Positions 58,121 to 64,000 of a stretch of 64,000 nt of DNA are shown one piece after another; positions within the stretch are counted from its first letter, which is position 1; the number at the start of each line of letters is the position of its first letter. The translations under genes were made by a program, and so were the position numbers. The DNA is from Candidatus Merdivicinus sp. (GTDB lineage: Bacteria > Bacillota > Clostridia > Oscillospirales > Ruminococcaceae). The stretch is taken from the NCBI GenBank assembly GCA_050943495.1, contig JBMNPH010000007.1, positions 35,703-99,702 on the forward strand. Direction: 5' to 3'. A model generated the notes under the pieces. The model had not been told where the DNA came from. It saw nothing but the letters and a program-made list of their open reading frames with translations, and did not search any database.

Positions 58121-58196
58121 ATTCGTTATCATCCTTCCTGCAATATCCTCTTTCATCCTACCACAGGGGACGGATGATTTCCAGTAAAATTTATGC

Positions 58197-58231
58197 AAAA
58201 TGAAAGTCGGGCAATCATCCCCTTGCCCGAC
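58197..58231 (-). terminator. Terminator of folT
   Basis: On the minus strand, GUCGGGCAA-GGGGAUGA-UUGCCCGAC is followed by UUUCAUUUU. Confidence 0.75.
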
Positions 58232-58238
58232 TGAACCT

Positions 58239-58934
58239 TTACTTTAAATTGAGACGGTAGTAGCTATAGAAAGCTACGGCTGCCGCCGAAACGAGCGCCA
58301 GTACAATGAGCGCAGCCACATGTCGTTTGGTAAACTGCATCTTTCCGGAATTTCCAAATGTCAATCCCATCCGTCCGGTAATTGGAAGCATGACATTGAG
58401 AAAGAGCACCAATAAAAAGGATTCTGCCGGAAACAGGCAAAGATTCTTCACAATACGCGGCAGCGTCAAGAATGCATATTCGCCGCCCAAAACCAGTTTA
58501 TTATAGAGCACCAGCAATGCCGGATTAAGAATTAGATTACAAATTGCCATTACAAAAAAGCGGGATAATAAAACACGCCATGTAGTAATTTTAGTTCGAT
58601 ACAAAAATAAGGCAAAAATTAAAGAACTTGCGATTTCCACAAAAATAAACGGAAAAAAATAAGGTCCTACCGGAAACAGCATACAGCCTAATGTATCCGA
58701 AATCGCAGCAGCAAGAATTGCCACAACAGGTCCAAAGACCATTGCACCGAGGGCATTCACAAAAAATCCAGTGGTGATGTTCAAATAGGGACCGACCGGA
58801 ATCTCAATGGCTTTCAATGCCACACGTAATGCGATCATTAGTGCGGCAAAAACAAGAATTTTAGGCTTTTTCAGCTCCTGGCAGGAAAGCTGCCAATATT
58901 CGGCGCTGAAGGGGGTTGCATACAGTGTTTTCAT
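58239..58934 (-). CDS. folT: Folate-family ECF transporter S component
   Basis: The S-component-like multi-TM protein (ALRVALKAIEIPVGPYLNITTGFFVNALGAMVFGP) sits directly downstream of a THF riboswitch. The ATG at 58934 is 8 nt after the AAGGAGG RBS. Confidence 0.8.
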   Translation of the reverse strand: MKTLYATPFSAEYWQLSCQELKKPKILVFAALMIALRVALKAIEIPVGPYLNITTGFFVNALGAMVFGPVVAILAAAISDTLGCMLFPVGPYFFPFIFVEIASSLIFALFLYRTKITTWRVLLSRFFVMAICNLILNPALLVLYNKLVLGGEYAFLTLPRIVKNLCLFPAESFLLVLFLNVMLPITGRMGLTFGNSGKMQFTKRHVAALIVLALVSAAAVAFYSYYRLNLK

Positions 58935-59005
58935 TTTCAAAACCTCCTTGCAGACATGTCACTCGTAGCCACATACCCGCAGGAGGGGACGCTCCCCGGT
59001 ATATA

Positions 59006-59106
59006 GCAGCGGGATGCGGGTTCCGCACCGCAAGCCAAAACTGGCTTTTCGTCCATCCGACAACTCCCTGTTCGGACAGCACTTAACGCGCGAGACCCTA
59101 CTCTGC
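59006..59106 (-). promoter_or_regulatory. THF (tetrahydrofolate) riboswitch aptamer
   Basis: The minus-strand RNA is GCAGAGUAGGGUCUCGCGCGUUAAGUG...GGAUGGACGAA...GCGGUGCGGAACCCGCAUCCCGCUGC. It contains the conserved THF-I blocks AGAGUAG, GCGUUAAGUG, ACGAA, GCGGUG and GCAUCC in the order seen in the crystallised Eubacterium siraeum aptamer as I recall it. Confidence 0.85.
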
Positions 59107-59120
59107 TTTTTATCGTTATC

Positions 59121-59149
59121 AGTTTATCACATTTTTCTGCCTTTGTAAA
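59121..59149 (-). promoter_or_regulatory. Promoter driving the THF riboswitch and folT (TTTACA-17-TGaTAAACT)
   Basis: Forward tgtaaa at 59144-59149 and agttta at 59121-59126, with an extended -10 TG. The predicted TSS lies a few nt before the aptamer P1 stem. Confidence 0.5.
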
Positions 59150-59163
59150 GAGAAGATGTAAAT

Positions 59164-59589
59164 TTATTCATGATTCAACACTTTTTCCATTCCAACATGC
59201 GGACAATATTCATCCAGATATGGTTCGGTTACGACACAATACCCCAGTTTCTCATAAAATTTCTGTGCTCGCATCTGCGCACTCAATCCCAGCTTCGCCG
59301 CACCCAATTCTATGGCCTTTCGTTCGGCTTCCCGAACAATTTCTGCCCCCAAGCCTTTCCCACGATATTCCGGCAATACAGCTACCCGTCCCAAATGCCA
59401 TCCGGTTTCTTCCTCATACAGTCGGGCACAGCCGGCTGCTTGATCTTCCATATACAGAATCAAATGCTCACAACTGTCATCAATTTTATCAAATTCGTCG
59501 TGAAATCCCTGTTCTTCCACAAAAACTTTTACCCGAATCTCCAATGCATCCTGAAAGTTTTCCGGACTTTTCCGCCACACCAGTTTCAA
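59164..59589 (-). CDS. GNAT family N-acetyltransferase
   Basis: Acetyl-CoA motif RVAVLPEYRGKGLGAEIV. The preferred start is the TTG at 59589 after an AAGAGGGA RBS; the longer ORF to 59715 adds a non-GNAT-like extension. Confidence 0.75.
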   Translation of the reverse strand: MKLVWRKSPENFQDALEIRVKVFVEEQGFHDEFDKIDDSCEHLILYMEDQAAGCARLYEEETGWHLGRVAVLPEYRGKGLGAEIVREAERKAIELGAAKLGLSAQMRAQKFYEKLGYCVVTEPYLDEYCPHVGMEKVLNHE

Positions 59590-59764
59590 AAGAATCCCTC
59601 TTTTCTTCAATATAAAAATATTGTACCATGTTTTACCGTTGCTGTCGAGTATTCCGGTAGAAGAACCAGCTATTTCAGCAAAAATGATTGCCTTTTTTTT
59701 AAAAATATGATACACTGAATTTGTAAGAAAATTGTAAGAATTAATCGAAAAGGAGGAGTATTGG

Positions 59765-60817
59765 ATGGATTCACTGGAATGCCAATTGTCGGAATCCGCG
59801 CCTGCTGCACGCGATCAATGGCTTGCCACTTTTCCGTCTCAGGATTCCCTGAACAATATACCGATCTCTCCAGATTTTGAACGCAAAATGAAGCGCTTGA
59901 TTCAATTGCAGCAAAAATCTAAAAGAAAATCTTGGCGCTACTTTGCTGCAACTGCTGCCGCTTTGATCGTGGTATTTTCCGGCGCGATGTCCGTGGACGC
60001 TTTCCGCACTTCTTTCCTTAAAATTCTTTATCAGGTTAATCCCAAATTCACCTCGATTGATGTGACTCCTGAATGTACGGATGATTCCGAATTCATGCCT
60101 TTTACAGTTGGGTATATTCCCGATGGCATGAAACAGGTCGATCGCAACTATTCGGCGAATTCCTTGCATATCCGCTATGAAAACGAGGAAGGAACTTATC
60201 TGCTGATTGATGAAAAGATGATGACAGAAAAAAGTTCTCTGTCCGCTGGAGTCGATACTGAAGATGCGTATACAGAAAATACGGAAATTCAGGGAAATGA
60301 GGCTTTTGCTGTCAGCAAAAAGGACTGGAGCTACATCATGTGGAGCAACCGCAATTATGTCTTTACAGTCAGCGGTTTCCTCCCTCTGGACGAGATAAAA
60401 ACTGTGGCTGAATCCGTTCAATTGGATCCTTCTCTGAACTATCAAAAAAATATGATCCTACCATTTACTCCTGCAACCTGTGGCTGGATGCCTTCTGGCA
60501 GTACTGCTTATGCTTGGCGTGAAACCTTAACTTCCTGTCAGACCAATTTTCGGAGCAGTCCAGAAAGCTTCGTCCTCTGGCAGGGAATTTCCGGCACAAT
60601 GGAAGGACTCAGTTTCCCCTATGAAGAAGTTGCCCCGACAGAAATTACCATCAATGGCTGTCCCGGACAGTTCTGGCAGTTGGAAGAGGATATCTGGCTC
60701 CGATGGGATCAGGATGGCTATACCTTCCAGATTGATGGAAGACTGCCATTGGATACTCTGATAAAGATTGCAGAAAATCTGGAAATTACACCGCTTTCCT
60801 CTGCAGATCAGGAATAA
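59765..60817 (+). CDS. Single-pass membrane protein with two tandem DUF4367-like extracytoplasmic modules (anti-sigma-factor-like architecture)
   Basis: Short cytoplasmic N-terminus, TM segment YFAATAAALIVVFSGAMSV, then two repeats ending ...YVFTVSGFLPLDEIKTVAESV and ...YTFQIDGRLPLDTLIKIAENL. AAGGAGGA RBS. Confidence 0.65.
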   Translation: MDSLECQLSESAPAARDQWLATFPSQDSLNNIPISPDFERKMKRLIQLQQKSKRKSWRYFAATAAALIVVFSGAMSVDAFRTSFLKILYQVNPKFTSIDVTPECTDDSEFMPFTVGYIPDGMKQVDRNYSANSLHIRYENEEGTYLLIDEKMMTEKSSLSAGVDTEDAYTENTEIQGNEAFAVSKKDWSYIMWSNRNYVFTVSGFLPLDEIKTVAESVQLDPSLNYQKNMILPFTPATCGWMPSGSTAYAWRETLTSCQTNFRSSPESFVLWQGISGTMEGLSFPYEEVAPTEITINGCPGQFWQLEEDIWLRWDQDGYTFQIDGRLPLDTLIKIAENLEITPLSSADQE

Positions 60818-60851
60818 CAAAAAACGCCGGCATTATCACCGGCGTTTTTTT
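60818..60851. terminator. Bidirectional terminator between the DUF4367 gene and niaX
   Basis: AAAAAACGCCGG-CATTATCA-CCGGCGTTTTTTT. Confidence 0.85.
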
Positions 60852-60855
60852 CTAT

Positions 60856-61422
60856 TTATTTACTGTGAAAATGGACGCTTGCGGGTATCCGGATCACTTT
60901 GCTCACCGGCCGCCAGATAATATACGAAATGATAAAATCTACGATGTGATGTACCAGTGTCCCCACGCCTACCAACAGAATAATGGTCGTGAAAAATCCC
61001 TTGCTTTGATCAATATTTCCGCCAAAGTAGAACCAAGTGGAAACAACAGCTTCTGCTGCTCCATGAATCACACCAGTCACCAGTACCCAAATACTCATGC
61101 TGCCGAAGTGATTTAGCGTTTCTGGCTTCCTTTGCAGCCAATATGCACCGATCACGACAAAGAAAATCTGCACCAATGCCCGCAGCACAACTACCGGCGG
61201 AAATGCAGCGAAAATAAATCCCACTGTCGTTCCGAGTTCCACTGCAATGGCGACCGCAGGTGAAACAAACATGGCAACAAGTACCGCAACATGACTGGCG
61301 AGTGTAAAACTCATCGGATCCAACCGAATTTTTATGGGCGATACAATGGGAATCAATATTCCGATCGCACATAGCAGCGCAGCAATGACAAGTTTTTGCA
61401 GTTGAGCATTTTTCTGATTCAT
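60856..61422 (-). CDS. niaX: Putative niacin ECF-type S component (NiaX-like)
   Basis: 188-aa multi-TM protein downstream of niaR, with a NiaR-type palindrome over its promoter. ATG at 61422, 7 nt after a GGAGGA RBS. The assignment is mainly by context. Confidence 0.55.
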   Translation of the reverse strand: MNQKNAQLQKLVIAALLCAIGILIPIVSPIKIRLDPMSFTLASHVAVLVAMFVSPAVAIAVELGTTVGFIFAAFPPVVVLRALVQIFFVVIGAYWLQRKPETLNHFGSMSIWVLVTGVIHGAAEAVVSTWFYFGGNIDQSKGFFTTIILLVGVGTLVHHIVDFIISYIIWRPVSKVIRIPASVHFHSK

Positions 61423-61448
61423 GGGAACATCCTCCAAACTTCGTCTAT

Positions 61449-61467
61449 ACAGGTGTCATGACACTGT
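61449..61467 (-). promoter_or_regulatory. Candidate NiaR operator (ACAGGTGTCATGACACTGT; perfect core palindrome GTGTCATGACAC)
   Basis: The palindrome starts 4 nt downstream of the niaX -10 box. It resembles the Firmicute NiaR box built on a GTGTC...GACAC core, as I recall it. Confidence 0.6.
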
Positions 61468-61471
61468 TCTT

Positions 61472-61500
61472 AGTTTAAAGGAAAATCCCACATTTGTCAA
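61472..61500 (-). promoter_or_regulatory. niaX promoter (TTGACA-17-TAAACT)
   Basis: Forward tgtcaa at 61495-61500 and agttta at 61472-61477, 17-nt spacing. Confidence 0.6.
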
Positions 61501-61516
61501 CCGGCAATGACGAAAT

Positions 61517-62041
61517 TTATCGAGGGAAGAGGATGCCTTTTTTGTCCAGTTCTGCCAAAATCCGATGATAATCTTCCTCTGTACGGCAGGCAAGCGTATG
61601 AAGATGGACATTCCCAGTCAGATTGCAGAGAGGCGTGGCATGATTTTTCGCCAGTTTTTCTATAAACAAATTCGCGTCATACCGCGAAAAGATATGCAAT
61701 TTCCCGCAGATCTGCCCATACACAGGATGTTCCACCGTGACATCGACCAAACCACCGCCATTGTCCACTACGGTATACAATTCTTCCGCCAATCCCTGTT
61801 CATCGTGCCGGCAAGCGATGGTGTACATCTGAAAGCCCGCAATGGCATCATCACGTTCCTGCAACAGATATCCGCGGGGAGTCGCCTGAATTTCTGTTCC
61901 GGCTGCGCGCAGCAAAGCAATATCTCCGACAACAATCTGCCGGCTGACATGAACAGATGATGCAATGACTGTCGCACTTACCGGTTGGCCGCTTTGGCGT
62001 AGAATTTCCAGAATTTTCTCCCGTCTCTGGGACGCATCCAT
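61517..62041 (-). CDS. niaR: Niacin-responsive transcriptional repressor NiaR (YrxA family; HTH plus 3H domain)
   Basis: RREKILEILRQSGQPVSATVIASSVHVSRQIVVGDIALLRAAG HTH, followed by a His-containing 3H domain (VTVEHPVYG, NVHLHTL). Start at MDASQRR after a GGGAGGG RBS. Confidence 0.85.
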   Translation of the reverse strand: MDASQRREKILEILRQSGQPVSATVIASSVHVSRQIVVGDIALLRAAGTEIQATPRGYLLQERDDAIAGFQMYTIACRHDEQGLAEELYTVVDNGGGLVDVTVEHPVYGQICGKLHIFSRYDANLFIEKLAKNHATPLCNLTGNVHLHTLACRTEEDYHRILAELDKKGILFPR

Positions 62042-62103
62042 AGTATTCCCTCCCGTTTCATGAGAAAAAGCCGTTCCGCAACCAGCGCAAACGGCAATTT
62101 CTT

Positions 62104-62643
62104 TTATTTGAAAATTTTTAGAATGTATTTGGGGCGAAACCATCGCACATAGGCAGTGATTAACTGAGTCAGCGCAATATCATAGACAACAAATACCGCA
62201 TTCAGAAAAATCCAGCCGCCTGCTAGCAGCCACCACGCCTCTTCCAACAATTCTGCATATCCCGGAAAACGAAATACAAACATCGCACCGGCTACAATGA
62301 CAGCTGCACAGAGATTAAAGAGCAGGATTTTGCAAATCCACGGAAAAATTTTCCCCTTTCGGCACTCCAGTACGGATTTTACAATCGGATAGAAGCCCAA
62401 AAATGCAATATAGTACAACGCACATTCCTTATTCGGAGCGATCATTGCCGAAAGCAGTGCAACGGCGCCAAATGCCGTCCATGCTCCTTTATACCCAGCA
62501 TCAATTACAATGGGAACCAATAACAATCCCGCAATTGCCGGAAGAGCAAAATCCGCCATTGGAAATACACCCGTCAGCAACATGCAGACGATACTCAAAG
62601 CCGCCATCATGCCTCCGAGTGCAATCTGATTTGTCTTTTTCAA
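62104..62643 (-). CDS. Hypothetical polytopic membrane protein (about 5-6 TM)
   Basis: Hydrophobic segments throughout. TTG start at 62643, 7 nt after an AGGAGG RBS and 12 nt after the J-protein stop. I recognise no family. Confidence 0.65.
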   Translation of the reverse strand: MKKTNQIALGGMMAALSIVCMLLTGVFPMADFALPAIAGLLLVPIVIDAGYKGAWTAFGAVALLSAMIAPNKECALYYIAFLGFYPIVKSVLECRKGKIFPWICKILLFNLCAAVIVAGAMFVFRFPGYAELLEEAWWLLAGGWIFLNAVFVVYDIALTQLITAYVRWFRPKYILKIFK

Positions 62644-62654
62644 AAGACCGCCTC

Positions 62655-63332
62655 CTAACAGCAGGCGATCAGGTCGCCGCCCATACATTCACAGCAGCAG
62701 TCCGCACAAATCAAATTTCCGCAGCAATTACAGGCTGTATTCATATTATTCATATCATTCGTCCGGTATGCGCCATTGGGCGAACCCATATTTCCCTGCT
62801 GCTGCCACATCATCCGATTCATCGCCGCACGATATTCGGGATTATTCGGACTCAATCGGCAAGCGGTTGAAAAATGATTCATCGCATCATCCAGCCATCC
62901 GCGCTGGAAAAAAATACTTCCCTTCAGGAAATACCATTCTCCATCCCGATTGCGAACAGGCATTCCATCCAGCAGTTCCTCTGCCTCAACCAGCCGGTTT
63001 TGCTGAATCAGCCGGCGAATATCGCCCAAATGAGAGGATCCGCCATACCCTGCCTGCTGCCCGCCGTATCCGGAAGCGGAAGAATAGCCGGCCGAACTGC
63101 TGTTTCCTGCATTGCTCTGACTGCTTTGGCCGCCTGCACGCAGTCGGTTGATGACCATATCATAGGCCTCATTCACCTCTTGCATTTTCTCGTTGGCGAG
63201 ATCTGCCAGCGGACTGTCCGCATAATTGTCAGGATGATACTTTTTCACCAGCTGCCGGTATGCAGATTTTACCTCCTCTTCCGAAGCATTCGGAGAAATT
63301 CCCAATACCTTATAAGGATCTGTGACTGCCAT
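62655..63332 (-). CDS. J-domain protein with G/S/Q-rich linker, TPR-like helical region and C-terminal cysteine string
   Basis: J domain DPYKVLGI...YRQLVKKYHPD (HPD present). The C-terminus is ACNCCGNLICADCCCECMGGDLIACC. Start at 63332 (GGAGG RBS) or 63344. Confidence 0.85.
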   Translation of the reverse strand: MAVTDPYKVLGISPNASEEEVKSAYRQLVKKYHPDNYADSPLADLANEKMQEVNEAYDMVINRLRAGGQSSQSNAGNSSSAGYSSASGYGGQQAGYGGSSHLGDIRRLIQQNRLVEAEELLDGMPVRNRDGEWYFLKGSIFFQRGWLDDAMNHFSTACRLSPNNPEYRAAMNRMMWQQQGNMGSPNGAYRTNDMNNMNTACNCCGNLICADCCCECMGGDLIACC

Positions 63333-63389
63333 TGCTGCCTCCATTCCATCTTAACGGCACAATTAGATTTGAAACAGCCTGCACTGCCG

Positions 63390-64000
63390 TCAAAGTGCAG
63401 TTGTATTTTGCGAATCTTTTCGGTTTGCCCGCGCAATCATATCTGCTGCTGCACGGGGCAATCCCAGATAGACAATATTATCCAATATGGATTTATAGCG
63501 CTGCCAGTTCAGCAGCTCATAGGTAACGCCAAGTTCCGCCACCGTAACATTCAGAACCCCTTTCCCATATTGCCGGATTTCCGCCAATTTCTCATCAGTA
63601 GGTTCCTGTCCGTCCAATCGCAGCAGAAAGGGATTATATCCCTTCGATTTCCGGTCATCTTCGAGGTCATCCAGCGCATCCATCAAATAGACCCACCGCC
63701 CCATCAGATAACCGAATCGTTCCAGAATTCTTTTCTGCATTTCATCCTCTGCCAGCAATTGCAGCATTTTGCTCATGGCTGCTGCTGTCGGTTGAGCTGC
63801 ACGGTCAACGCTTGGGGTTTTCGCTTGTTCCAAAGCAAACTGTTCTTTCATCATCTGCGAAAAAATCTCGTCAACTTCCGCATACTGCCGGCACGCCTTT
63901 TTCCGGGCTGCGGCCGCGAACGGGAGTATCGGATAATACAAAAGCCGCTTCCAGAAACCCGAATCCTGAAGGTTGTCCCGTAGTTTATGATAAAACAGGA
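63390..64000 (-). CDS. DUF5685-like protein (5' end outside the window)
   Basis: The reading frame stays open through to the window edge (upstream residues CFYHKLRDNLQDSGFWKRLL...). The family call rests on recollection that DUF5685 genes sit next to this J-protein type. Confidence 0.55.
   Translation of the reverse strand, partial: LFYHKLRDNLQDSGFWKRLLYYPILPFAAAARKKACRQYAEVDEIFSQMMKEQFALEQAKTPSVDRAAQPTAAAMSKMLQLLAEDEMQKRILERFGYLMGRWVYLMDALDDLEDDRKSKGYNPFLLRLDGQEPTDEKLAEIRQYGKGVLNVTVAELGVTYELLNWQRYKSILDNIVYLGLPRAAADMIARANRKDSQNTTAL

Noticed and set aside
59590-59715. 42-codon N-terminal extension of the GNAT ORF
   Set aside because: The extension has no RBS. A TTG with an AAGAGGGA RBS gives a canonical GNAT of about 141 aa.
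62874-63983. 369-aa plus-strand ORF antisense to the J-protein and DUF5685 genes
   Set aside because: It spans two minus-strand genes and the spacer between them. Its composition is Q/I/L/R/C-rich without motifs, whereas the minus-strand genes have an HPD J domain and good RBSs.

Overview
Chromosomal window from a Gram-positive, Clostridia-like anaerobe. This is inferred from strong Shine-Dalgarno sites, several ECF vitamin S-components and an LplABC-type sugar ABC system. I saw no rRNA, CRISPR array, transposase, integrase or phage genes. Content from left to right: (1) lexA 3' end, comFC, a GntR regulator, an ECF S-component plus coaX, and bioY with a BirA-type operator. (2) A minus-strand division and wall-remodelling operon: ftsE, ftsX, two M23 peptidases and an S41 peptidase. 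(3) A CdaR/PucR regulator. (4) The classic rimP-nusA-ylxR-ylxQ-infB-rbfA-nrnA-truB-ribF operon, followed by two tRNA-Leu genes. (5) A roughly 21 kb accessory glycan-utilisation locus on the minus strand. It holds a membrane-spanning AraC-type sensor, three tandem paralogous lipoprotein SBPs each with its own promoter, two permeases, three uncharacterised enzyme-like proteins, GH39, GH43, an MFS transporter and a DUF4037 protein. (6) murD, two M42 peptidases and ynbB. (7) A putative D-Asp/D-Asn peptidoglycan cross-bridge cluster: ATP-grasp ligase, Asp racemase, AsnB-like amidotransferase and NUDIX. (8) rlmB plus a degenerate P-type-ATPase-like membrane protein. (9) proS, a MATE pump, a HAD-GNAT fusion, a THF riboswitch with folT, a GNAT, and a DUF4367 protein. 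(10) niaR-niaX with an operator, and a DUF5685 / J-domain cysteine-string / membrane-protein operon. The best novelty candidates are the three unassigned proteins at the core of the glycan locus (25075-30550), the catalytically dead P-type-ATPase homolog (51421-53718) and the bacterial cysteine-string J-protein module (62104-64000). All family calls come from by-eye motif recognition; no database search was possible.
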